Assembly: GCA_949398305.1 (NCBI GenBank)
Contig: CASLVD010000002.1
Coordinates: 2,942-66,941, forward strand
DNA: 64,000 bases
Direction: 5' to 3'
Source: an uncultured Candidatus Melainabacteria bacterium
Lineage (GTDB): Bacteria; Cyanobacteriota; Vampirovibrionia; Gastranaerophilales; Gastranaerophilaceae
The notes under the pieces: generated by a model
Databases searched by the model: none
Told to the model about the DNA's origin: nothing
The model's input: the letters and a program-made list of their open reading frames with translations, nothing else
Part shown: in pieces, positions 37,621 through 46,146 of the stretch
How the letters are laid out: each line of letters opens with the position of its first letter
How positions within the stretch are numbered: position 1 is the first letter of the stretch
Position numbers and translations under genes: made by a program

Positions 37621-37635
37621 ATTGCAGAGGAAGTT

Positions 37636-39423
37636 ATGGAAAAATTTCAAGATTTAATAAAACTATTTGACAAAGACGGAGTAATGAAAAATTACGCTAA
37701 AGTTATACCGTATTTTAAAAAATACTGGTTTAGAACTGCTCTTGCATTAGGGCTTGCAATTCCGATAGGTTCACTGGATGCGGTTATTGCCCTTTCGTTA
37801 AAACCTTATATGGATATTGTCATGGTTGATAAAACCGTACAATCTCCATGGTATATCCCGCTTTTAATTGTGGCATTTACTTCAACCCAGGGGTTGTTAA
37901 ATTATCTTTCAACATATATGAATGCGTGGGTTGGCGGTAAGGTTACAAATGATTTTAAAAAGACTTTGTATAACAAATTAATGCACAAAGATTCGTCATT
38001 TTTTGATATGCGAACTTCAGGTGATATTATGCGCTGGTTTAATAATGACGTTAATACTGCCTGCGGAAGTTTATTGAATAACTTGAAAACAGGTATATCA
38101 AGAATATTTTCATCTCTGTCTTTAATCTGCGTATTGCTTTATAATTCCTGGCAATTAGCGATTATTGCGATTGTTGTTTTAATTTGTGCAGTTGTTCCTT
38201 TAACAAAAATGCGTGCAATGATTAAAGCTATAACAGATAAATCAGAATCAGCAGGCGGTAAAGTTATCACAGCATATAACGAAGCTTTTGCAGGAAACAA
38301 AGTTGTTACGGCATATAACTTATATGATTATCAAAATAAAATTTTTGATAATGTATTAGACAGCGTATTTGGTTTAGGTATGAAAATTACTCAGAAAACC
38401 GGCTGGTTATCTCCTATGATGCATATTGTCGTATCTGTCGGAATTGCTGCAGTTATCGGTTTGGGAAGCTATATGATTGTTAAAGGAACAATTACAAGCG
38501 GTAACTTTGTATCATTTATTACAGCGTTGATTATGCTTTACACACCTATCAAATTGTTAGGAAACAATGCAAAAAATATGCAAAATGCCCTTTTGGCTTT
38601 AGAACGTGTAATAAAACAACTTGAAGCCCAGCCTGCTATCAAAACAAAAGCAGATGCAAAAACTCTTACAGGTATGAATGATTCTATTGAATTTAAAAAT
38701 GTTAATTTTGAATACAGAAAAAATAAACCTGTTTTGAAAAACGTTTCATTTACTGTTAAAAAAGGTGAAACTTTTGCTCTTGTCGGCAATTCAGGCGGCG
38801 GTAAAAGTACTATAGTTAATCTGATTCCGCGATTTTATGATATTAAATCCGGAAATGTCATGATTGACGGGGTTGATGTACGTGATATTACGCTTGAATC
38901 CTTAAGAGATAATATTTCTATAGTATTTCAGGATAATTTCCTATTTTCCGGTACTATCAGAGAAAATATTATGCTTGGTAATTTGAACGCTACAGAAGAA
39001 GAATTAAGAAAAGCGCTTAAAGATTCTTATTTAGAAGATTTTGTAAACAGTCTTGAAAAAGGACTTGAAACAAATATCGGTGAGCGCGGTGTTTTACTTT
39101 CCGGCGGTCAAAAACAAAGAATCGGAATTGCCCGTGCATTTTTGAAAAATGCTCCGATATTGATTCTTGATGAAGCAACAAGTGCTCTTGATAATGAAGC
39201 AGAAAAAATTGTTCAACAGGCAATTGAAAACCTGATGAAAGACAGAACAGTTTTTGTTATCGCACACAGACTTACAACAGTTCAAAATGCTGACAGAATC
39301 GCAGTTATTAAAAACGGTGAGCTTGTTGAACTCGGTAATCATAACGAACTTGTACATATTGAAAACGGCGTTTATAAACATCTTTATGAATCACAGTTCG
39401 CAAAAGTAGGGGCTGCAGTTTAA
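37636..39423 (+). CDS. ABC exporter, fused permease/ATPase (MsbA-like)
   Basis: 595 aa with a six-TM N-terminal half. Walker A GNSGGGKST, signature LSGGQKQRIGIARA, Walker B ILILDEATSALD. Confidence 0.85.
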   Translation: MEKFQDLIKLFDKDGVMKNYAKVIPYFKKYWFRTALALGLAIPIGSLDAVIALSLKPYMDIVMVDKTVQSPWYIPLLIVAFTSTQGLLNYLSTYMNAWVGGKVTNDFKKTLYNKLMHKDSSFFDMRTSGDIMRWFNNDVNTACGSLLNNLKTGISRIFSSLSLICVLLYNSWQLAIIAIVVLICAVVPLTKMRAMIKAITDKSESAGGKVITAYNEAFAGNKVVTAYNLYDYQNKIFDNVLDSVFGLGMKITQKTGWLSPMMHIVVSVGIAAVIGLGSYMIVKGTITSGNFVSFITALIMLYTPIKLLGNNAKNMQNALLALERVIKQLEAQPAIKTKADAKTLTGMNDSIEFKNVNFEYRKNKPVLKNVSFTVKKGETFALVGNSGGGKSTIVNLIPRFYDIKSGNVMIDGVDVRDITLESLRDNISIVFQDNFLFSGTIRENIMLGNLNATEEELRKALKDSYLEDFVNSLEKGLETNIGERGVLLSGGQKQRIGIARAFLKNAPILILDEATSALDNEAEKIVQQAIENLMKDRTVFVIAHRLTTVQNADRIAVIKNGELVELGNHNELVHIENGVYKHLYESQFAKVGAAV

Positions 39424-39467
39424 ACAGATAGCAAAAAATATTTTTACAGGTTTTATATATTGTAGAA

Positions 39468-39496
39468 TTGACAATTATTATTTACTGTAATAATAT
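39468..39496 (+). promoter_or_regulatory. Sigma70-type promoter candidate for the small ORF
   Basis: TTGACA (39468-39473), 17-nt spacer, TAATAT (39491-39496). Confidence 0.45.
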
Positions 39497-39520
39497 AATT
39501 TCAAAAGGAAAAGGAAAATA

Positions 39521-39607
39521 ATGAAAAACAACACTATGATGATGCAAATTATGATGATGCAAAGCCTAAATTCAGGCGGTCATTGTTATGCGAATCGAAT
39601 GTGTTAA
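39521..39607 (+). CDS. 28-codon Met-rich small ORF (leader peptide or secreted peptide): MKNNTMMMQIMMMQSLNSGGHCYANRMC
   Basis: It is not in the ORF track. SD AAGGAAAAGGA lies 5-10 nt upstream of the ATG, it has its own promoter candidate, and a strong terminator lies 24 nt after the TAA. Confidence 0.55.
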   Translation: MKNNTMMMQIMMMQSLNSGGHCYANRMC

Positions 39608-39630
39608 GATTTCAAGATAACAAATTATAA

Positions 39631-39657
39631 GGACCGCCTGAAAGGCGGTCCTTTTTT
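39631..39657 (+). terminator. Rho-independent terminator (possible attenuator)
   Basis: GGACCGCC (39631-39638), loop TGAAA, GGCGGTCC (39644-39651), then TTTTTT. The 5' arm can alternatively pair with CAGGCGGTC at 39573-39581. Confidence 0.8.
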
Positions 39658-39690
39658 AGTGAGAAATTTTAACATATAAGGGAAAAGAAA

Positions 39691-41046
39691 ATGATTCAAT
39701 CAATAAATAGCAATAATATTCAATTTAAACAAAATACATTACCTTCATTTAAAGGCGCACAAAAAGAATTCACACGTAGTACAAAATATTTGGATAAATT
39801 TTTAAAATCGCAGGAAAATTTATCATCAACAAGATTTATTCAGGGAACTTTGACAAACTGGTTTCCAAAAGCTGTATTATCAAGGAGCTTTATTGATTTT
39901 AGTGAATTTACCTTTTTAGAATTTATAGAGTCAGGAATATTTTATTTCGCAGCACCGTTTTTTGGAGAACATTTATTCAGAAAAGGTTTGTTTAAAAAAA
40001 TTCAGCCTAAAAAAGTTAGAGATGATGTTGTAAAAAACCTTGCATTAGGTGTTGAGAAAATCAAAAATTCAAACTTAGATAAAACTTTAAAAAACAGACT
40101 TATAACAACAAAAGGCGGGTTATTACTGGCATGTATTACCGTTCCGGCATTAGAGTATGCGCTGGGTTTTGCTAAAAATTTATTTACTTTAAAAGTCTTT
40201 AAGGTTAGTGATTTTAATAATGTGGCAAACTTAAACAAAAATAAAACCGAAAATAATGAACAGCAGCAAAGGGTTGAAAAACATTCAAAAAGTGTTCTTG
40301 TAAAAACAGGTTTATTGTCAGCTGCCGGAATCGGTTCAGGGCTTGCACTTGCCAGATTCGGACATAATTCAAAAGCTGCACGCAAATTTTCTGAAATTTT
40401 ACTTGAACCGGGCGAACAGATCTCAAAACTTTTGCATAAAATTGGTTTAAAATCTGCTAAGACAGATGATTTCTTAAAAGATTACCTAAAATTGGATTTT
40501 GTAAATAATAACGGCAAACTTGCGCTAAGTAAAGGTCAGCTTGCTGTGACTTGTATTACAGGTTTATTTGGTTATTCAAGTGCCGCTAAAGACAGAGGAA
40601 AACTTGATTTTTATGAGGTTTGGACAAGAGTTCCGCTTGTGGTTTTATACACGATTTTTGGTTCTTCAATATTAGATGCCGGATTTAAGAAAATTTTGGC
40701 AAATAAAGGAAAATTCCCTGAACTTATCAAACGCGGTAAGGACGGAGTTATTGAAAATGTTCCGTCTAGAAAAGAGTTGCCAAAAATAGCAGAAAAACTT
40801 TCTAAATTGAATAACACATCAGTTGATGCTGAACTTGCAAAACTTATTAAGCAAAAAGCTGTAATAACAGGTGTTCCTTATTTATTCAGTTTAATCGCAA
40901 TGGGCTTTACATTAAGTGCTGTTTCGAGAATCTGGACAAAATACAGATATGATCATCAGGTTAAACCACAAGAACAAAACTCTTCACAAGATTTTGTTAA
41001 CACAAATCCGGCATTTCAAGGGTTTAAATTGAGTGTTCAAAAATAA
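39691..41046 (+). CDS. Hypothetical protein with hydrophobic segments
   Basis: 451-aa ORF with SD AAGGGAAAAG. The N-terminus is MIQSINSNNIQFKQNTLPSFKG. Confidence 0.55.
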   Translation: MIQSINSNNIQFKQNTLPSFKGAQKEFTRSTKYLDKFLKSQENLSSTRFIQGTLTNWFPKAVLSRSFIDFSEFTFLEFIESGIFYFAAPFFGEHLFRKGLFKKIQPKKVRDDVVKNLALGVEKIKNSNLDKTLKNRLITTKGGLLLACITVPALEYALGFAKNLFTLKVFKVSDFNNVANLNKNKTENNEQQQRVEKHSKSVLVKTGLLSAAGIGSGLALARFGHNSKAARKFSEILLEPGEQISKLLHKIGLKSAKTDDFLKDYLKLDFVNNNGKLALSKGQLAVTCITGLFGYSSAAKDRGKLDFYEVWTRVPLVVLYTIFGSSILDAGFKKILANKGKFPELIKRGKDGVIENVPSRKELPKIAEKLSKLNNTSVDAELAKLIKQKAVITGVPYLFSLIAMGFTLSAVSRIWTKYRYDHQVKPQEQNSSQDFVNTNPAFQGFKLSVQK

Positions 41047-41644
41047 ATTCCGCAAGTTTTTTGGCAATAATTTTATGAGATTCGATTGTATAATGCAGCC
41101 CGTCAGTTTTTGACGGGTTTGTAATTTCATTAAAATCAAAATATAAACAGTTATTTTCGACAGCCTTTTTAGCAAAAATCGGAAAAAGTTTTTGAATTTT
41201 TTCGATTGAATTTTTATCAAACATCATTGAAAACCTGCTTGTAAGAATATTTTCGGTAATTTTCACCGGTGGAATTATGATAATTTGAGTTTCCGGGTTA
41301 ACATTTCGGATTGAATCAATAAGATGCTGTAACCCGTTTTGTAAATTTGTTTCATTTAAATCATAGAAAAACTGTGCATCATTAGTTCCGACAGCAAGAA
41401 TACAAATATTTATATCTCTGCGGTTCTGTAAAAATATAGGTAAATACTCGCCGCCGCTTTGTTTTAGCCCTTCAGGGTTTTTGAAAAATCCGGTGCGGTT
41501 GTTCATTCCTTCTTCGATTATTTCAAAATTTGGTAAAATTTCAGATAGAATCCCGCTCCAGCGTTCATTTTTTGCGTATCTTCCGCAGGTTTCAGGAATA
41601 AATCCGAATGTATTTGAATCTCCGTAACATAGTATTTTTTTCAT
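41024..41644 (-). CDS. SGNH/GDSL-family hydrolase
   Basis: ILCYGDSNTFG block I and GTND block III. Confidence 0.8.
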   Translation of the reverse strand: MKKILCYGDSNTFGFIPETCGRYAKNERWSGILSEILPNFEIIEEGMNNRTGFFKNPEGLKQSGGEYLPIFLQNRRDINICILAVGTNDAQFFYDLNETNLQNGLQHLIDSIRNVNPETQIIIIPPVKITENILTSRFSMMFDKNSIEKIQKLFPIFAKKAVENNCLYFDFNEITNPSKTDGLHYTIESHKIIAKKLAEFIFEHSI

Positions 41645-41670
41645 AGGATTATTATATAATATAAATTACT

Positions 41671-42135
41671 ATGACACAAATTTTGAAAAAATATTTTTAT
41701 GATACACCTGTTGGCAGGCTTGGAATAGCAGAGAAAGACGGCAAAATTTCACAAGTATCTTTTTTTGATACGGTTAAAGGTGAATTATTGGAAACACCTT
41801 TGATAAAAGAAGCATATAGGCAGCTTGATGAGTATTTTAAAGGTAAAAGAAAAAGTTTTGATTTGCCGCTTTTACTTGATGGAACAGAATTCCAAATAAA
41901 GGTTTGGAAGGTTTTAATGACAATTGATTATGGTAAAACCGCATCATATGGTGATGTCGCAAAACTTATAGGCAGCCCAAAAGCTTCGCGTGCTGTTGGC
42001 AGTGCGAATAATAAAAATAAAATAGCAATCATAATTCCGTGTCACCGTGTAATCGGTTCAAACGGTACTCTTACCGGTTACGCCGGAGGACTTGAAATTA
42101 AACAATATTTACTGGATTTAGAACAAAATAGTTAA
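41671..42135 (+). CDS. ogt: Methylated-DNA--protein-cysteine methyltransferase
   Basis: IIPCHRVIG active site. 154 aa. Confidence 0.9.
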   Translation: MTQILKKYFYDTPVGRLGIAEKDGKISQVSFFDTVKGELLETPLIKEAYRQLDEYFKGKRKSFDLPLLLDGTEFQIKVWKVLMTIDYGKTASYGDVAKLIGSPKASRAVGSANNKNKIAIIIPCHRVIGSNGTLTGYAGGLEIKQYLLDLEQNS

Positions 42136-42503
42136 TCTTTATTTTTTAGTTTGTCTTTAGCAAATTTATCTCTTAAAAATCTGCTTTTTGTTTCTGTTGC
42201 CGGCTGTTCAGAATCCTTTTGAATATTAGTAGTATTATTAATATTTACATTTGTGGCCCAGCCTTTTTCAAGACCGTTATAATATTGATTTTCGTGTTTA
42301 ATGGCTCTTTTTCTTGCACCGGCTCTTGCTCTGTTTTCAGGTGTAAAAGCAGCGTTTCTGCCAAATTGTGCTTCAAGCGGTGCAGGTGCTCCATATGAAG
42401 AAGATGCAGGAGTTCCTGTATTCATATACTGCACGTGATAAGTTGCATTTGCTGCAGTTGATGTTACTCCTATGACCAAAAGTGCTAATAAAAATTTTTT
42501 CAT
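42132..42503 (-). CDS. Small secreted basic protein, paralog 1
   Basis: Start moved to ATG 42503 because GGAGG lies 6 nt upstream. It has a signal peptide ending ANA and shares ATYHVxYMNTG...GRNAAFTP with 42957-43325. Confidence 0.6.
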   Translation of the reverse strand: MKKFLLALLVIGVTSTAANATYHVQYMNTGTPASSSYGAPAPLEAQFGRNAAFTPENRARAGARKRAIKHENQYYNGLEKGWATNVNINNTTNIQKDSEQPATETKSRFLRDKFAKDKLKNKD

Positions 42504-42571
42504 AAAACCTCCAAATTTTTTATTATTATACAATTTATAACGGAAGTTTTCAATATTTGTTCATTTTAATT

Positions 42572-42946
42572 TTAATTTTTGCAAGCGTTATTTACACCGT
42601 AATAAGTAATTCCGCCGCAAGAAATGGTTTTATACTGCGGAATTTGAAAGTCTTTGTTAAATCTTGACGGGGTATTATTTTGTACTTTTGCTGTTATCGG
42701 ATGCTGTCTTTTCATACCTGATTGGTGTTTTACGATATTTTTTTGATATTCTGGGGTGTATATATATTTTGGTCTGACATGAGCCATTCTTTTTTGGGGT
42801 TTGGAAAATCTTTTATTTGGCTTGGCAAATCTGGTTTTCGGGTGAGCGTAACCAGTACGGCAGTAATAGCCGGTACACATATATGAGGCATTTGAGCTTA
42901 AACCGGTAAATAAAAATATTAATAATGTAAGAAAAACTTTTTTCAT
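42572..42946 (-). CDS. Small secreted basic protein, paralog 2
   Basis: It has a signal peptide and a basic PK-rich core. It shares the C-terminal RFNK...GITYY motif with 42957-43325. Confidence 0.55.
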   Translation of the reverse strand: MKKVFLTLLIFLFTGLSSNASYMCTGYYCRTGYAHPKTRFAKPNKRFSKPQKRMAHVRPKYIYTPEYQKNIVKHQSGMKRQHPITAKVQNNTPSRFNKDFQIPQYKTISCGGITYYGVNNACKN

Positions 42947-42956
42947 TTACAAATCC

Positions 42957-43325
42957 TTAGTTATAATATGTAATGCCGTTACGTGTGTATGTTTTTTGAG
43001 CTGTAATTTTGTAGTTTTTGTTGAATCTTGAAATTTCCATTGGAGCACGAGATGCTGTAGAAATTACAGGTCTTTTATTATAACAGTTTGCACATCTTGC
43101 CTGTTCTCCTCTAAGGTGCGCATAATGTCTTCTTGTTGAAGCAATTCTTGCTCTGCCGGCAGGTGTGAAAGCAGCATTACGCCCGAATGATGCACTAATT
43201 GGTCTTGGTGCTCCGTAATGAGAGTGAGATACAGCACCGGTGTTCATATAATGAACGTGATAAGTCGCATTTGCTGTAGTTGTTGTAAGTAATAATACCA
43301 AAACTGTTAATATAAATTTTTTCAT
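42957..43325 (-). CDS. Small secreted basic protein, paralog 3
   Basis: Start at ATG 43325 (MKKFIL). It has a signal peptide ending ANA and similarity to both neighbours. Confidence 0.6.
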   Translation of the reverse strand: MKKFILTVLVLLLTTTTANATYHVHYMNTGAVSHSHYGAPRPISASFGRNAAFTPAGRARIASTRRHYAHLRGEQARCANCYNKRPVISTASRAPMEISRFNKNYKITAQKTYTRNGITYYN

Positions 43326-43421
43326 TGGCACAAACCTTCTACTTTTCCCTTGTATCTATTTAACGACAATGAAAATAATTTGTGCTATTTATTAATGATA
43401 ACCGTTACTATTCTTTACAAA

Positions 43422-43805
43422 TTAGTTTAGTATAAGAATTCCGGAATTTAAGTATAGGGCGAAAATAACCTGCAAAAGATATGGTATCAATAGAAATCCT
43501 GCAAGTTTTGATATTTTGAAAAAATAAATTATAGTTAAAGTTAAAAATATAAGAAGAAAAACAACATCAATAAGCCCTAAAGTGATTGATTTCATCTCGA
43601 AAAACACATAACTCCAGGTAAAGTTTAAAATTAGTTGAAAAAGAAACAGGGTTATTGCGATATGTTTATCTGTTGAGTCGGGTTTAGATAATATAACAAA
43701 AAAAGCAATAGTCATCAGAAAATATAAAATACTCCACGCAATAGGAAAATATGACGGAGGCGGAGTTAACGGCGGTTTAGTAAGTGATGAGTACCAAGAA
43801 TTCAT
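43422..43805 (-). CDS. tspO: TspO/MBR-family protein, short form lacking the first TM helix
   Basis: It starts directly at the WYSSLTKPPLTPPPSYFPIAWSILY box. It is 127 aa versus about 150-160 aa for typical TspO. Confidence 0.7.
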   Translation of the reverse strand: MNSWYSSLTKPPLTPPPSYFPIAWSILYFLMTIAFFVILSKPDSTDKHIAITLFLFQLILNFTWSYVFFEMKSITLGLIDVVFLLIFLTLTIIYFFKISKLAGFLLIPYLLQVIFALYLNSGILILN

Positions 43806-43850
43806 AGTATAATTTTTTATTATCTGAAATATTTTCCATCCCGCTAGCAG

Positions 43851-44057
43851 TTAATCTATTAATGTAAATCTTAAAGTACCTTTATTATCAATTGTTTCAT
43901 TCCACATTGATTTTGGGCGAATCCATATTTGCCCGTCTTTTGTTGATTCGTAAACAATCATTTCTTCTAAATTTTCGGAATTTTTTCCTATGGCAATGAT
44001 TTTATAAATATTTCCTTTGTAGTGTTTATAAATTTTACCGACTATTATTTTTTGCAT
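43851..44057 (-). CDS. DUF1653-like small protein
   Basis: YKHYKGNIYKIIAIGKNSE...MIVYES...WIRPKSMW pattern. Confidence 0.6.
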   Translation of the reverse strand: MQKIIVGKIYKHYKGNIYKIIAIGKNSENLEEMIVYESTKDGQIWIRPKSMWNETIDNKGTLRFTLID

Positions 44058-44167
44058 AGTTAAATTATATCAGAAATATTGTAACAATTTGTGAATATTT
44101 TATCAATTATTAGAAAAAATATTTTTTTATAACTATGTAAACAGGGGAATAAAAAGGGGATAAATTT

Positions 44168-44605
44168 ATGGCTGATGATAATGTAATTGCAGGGATAAGA
44201 TTTGGCAGTGGTACAGGAGCAAGAGTTGTTTCTACTGATCAAGATATAAGAAATGGTTTGACCCGTGTTAAAACAACTATGGGAACATTTGTATTTAGAG
44301 GCTCACAACCTTTGGATTCAAATGGTTTTGAAACAGGTGTGATTCATAGAGTGACAAATGATGATATTGCAAGCGGTCCGGATAAGTATTTTACGATAGC
44401 ATCCGAAATAAATATACCTATGACATTTATTGCTGATGAAAATACACCAAGAGGTTTAAGTATTTCTTCATCAAAAGGTAATATTAAAATCAATGCAAAA
44501 AACGGACGTGAAAACCTAATATTATTTATGGGTGCACCAAATGCAAGAGTTGTAGAAAAAGATGATAATGATGAAATCAAAGTAAAAAACTTTGGTAAAT
44601 GGTAA
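44168..44605 (+). CDS. Hypothetical protein
   Basis: 145-aa ORF with a purine-rich SD (AAAAGGGGA) upstream. Confidence 0.5.
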   Translation: MADDNVIAGIRFGSGTGARVVSTDQDIRNGLTRVKTTMGTFVFRGSQPLDSNGFETGVIHRVTNDDIASGPDKYFTIASEINIPMTFIADENTPRGLSISSSKGNIKINAKNGRENLILFMGAPNARVVEKDDNDEIKVKNFGKW

Positions 44606-44612
44606 TTTAATT

Positions 44613-45350
44613 TTATCCTAATTTTAAAACGGCGCTATGACGTAATGTTGTAGCGTTTTCGTTTCTGTATGAGAAAAATTTATTATTATCGTGAACGGTA
44701 CAATATGGGCAAACATCAACTTCTTTTACTCCGATTTCTTCCAACTGTTGTTTATTAATGTTTTTCAAATCAACGAAAATTTGTCCTTCACGGATTTCAT
44801 AAAGTCCTTCAAAATTATTGACAGTTTTTGATAATTTTTCATAAACTTCTTCACCGACATTATAACAGCAAAAACCAATAGCAGGACCAATAACAGCAAC
44901 TACATCTGCAGGATTTGTATTAAAATTTATACCCATTTTTTGAACAGTTTTCGGGGCAATTTTTTGAGCTGTTCCGCGCCATCCTGCATGAGCTATTGCT
45001 CCGATATTTTGTTTTTTGTCATATAAAATTACCGGAGTACAGTCTGCAAAATTTAAGAAAATTCCGAGGTTTTTTTTCGTTAAAATTAACGCATCCGTTT
45101 CAGGGTAGTCATGACGTGTTTCTATTGCTATATCTATATTTGCGCTATGTGTTTGTGTCGGAGAAATTAGATTTTTAGAAGAAATATTTAAATAATCTGC
45201 AATGATTTTTTTATTTTCTTCTATCAATAAGTTATTGTTCATTTCTTTATCACAAATACAAATATCTCGTGTTGTAAAAAACGTGTTAGCATTTTTAATC
45301 AAGTCTGATTTTAATATATTTTTTCCGTTGATTTTTTCAAAGTAAAACAT
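44613..45350 (-). CDS. pgeF: Peptidoglycan editing factor PgeF (YfiH/laccase-domain family)
   Basis: QTHSANI, TDALIL, ADCTPV and HAGWRGT boxes. Confidence 0.85.
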   Translation of the reverse strand: MFYFEKINGKNILKSDLIKNANTFFTTRDICICDKEMNNNLLIEENKKIIADYLNISSKNLISPTQTHSANIDIAIETRHDYPETDALILTKKNLGIFLNFADCTPVILYDKKQNIGAIAHAGWRGTAQKIAPKTVQKMGINFNTNPADVVAVIGPAIGFCCYNVGEEVYEKLSKTVNNFEGLYEIREGQIFVDLKNINKQQLEEIGVKEVDVCPYCTVHDNNKFFSYRNENATTLRHSAVLKLG

Positions 45351-45438
45351 AATTTTATTATACCCGAAATTAATATTAACTCAATTTAGTGCCAATGGGC
45401 AGTAGACTATTGACACATAATTGGTAAATATTAATAAT

Positions 45439-45660
45439 ATGTCAAATATTGTAGCCAAAAAATTAGCAAAGAAAATAATAAGATTACGAAAAGAACGTGG
45501 TATGTCGCAGGAAGAATTAGCTTTTATCGCGGGTCTGGATAGAACTTATGTAGGCAGGATTGAGAATTTAAAAAGAAATCCTACTTTAAATACTCTGGTA
45601 AAAATCGCCACAGCATTTGATATGGACGTATATGAATTGCTAAATTTTAATCAAATGTAA
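45439..45660 (+). CDS. XRE-family HTH transcriptional regulator
   Basis: LRKERGMSQEELAFIAGLDRTYVGRIENLKRNPTLNTLVKIA. ATG 45439 is preferred over the track's TTG 45421. Confidence 0.8.
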   Translation: MSNIVAKKLAKKIIRLRKERGMSQEELAFIAGLDRTYVGRIENLKRNPTLNTLVKIATAFDMDVYELLNFNQM

Positions 45661-46146
45661 GAAAATATAAATGGATTGCTTCTTCGAATGAGGAAGGGTA
45701 ATATAGTTCTTTTTCAATGAAGATGGTAGAAAGTTTTGTCATACAAGGGTTTTGGCGAAATCGTCAAAACCCTTTATTTATGCAATGTTCAAAATAATCC
45801 TCAAGAATGACTTGACACTGAAACCCTTATATAATCAAACTTTCAGTAAGTAAAAATATTTACCCCTTTGGACCTGTAAATTTTTGTTAAGAAAAATGAA
45901 AAGTTTTACCGAAAAACATGCCTTATTTGCTTGACTATTAAAATTGAAGTAATATGATGGAATAACATGCAAAAGTAAAGTTGGGCGAAGTGTGCCTAAA
46001 TCTTGGAAATTTGATTACAAGCGGATTTCACCAACATTTACAAATCCCTGAAATTGCAGTTATTTGCCAATTATGGCAGAGGGTTTACAGCCTTAAGTTA
46101 GAAAAATTGTTTATAGTAGTACACCATTATTAAATGAGGTGAATTA

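Noticed and set aside
45854-45868. Recurrent AATATTTACCCCTTT 15-mer as a regulatory motif
   Set aside because: An inverted copy is present at 57786-57800, with partial copies near 8347-8385, 17921-17945 and 61247-61262. A single exact 15-mer pair in 64 kb of AT-rich DNA is about what chance predicts by my rough estimate. The 17.9-kb copies are explained by an SD plus stop codon context, and positions relative to genes are inconsistent.
45931-45958. TTGACT-16-TATGAT promoter candidate about 190 nt upstream of rpoB
   Set aside because: It is plausible, but several similar hexamer pairs exist in this AT-rich 480-nt spacer and I cannot discriminate between them without TSS data. I therefore did not report it as a feature.
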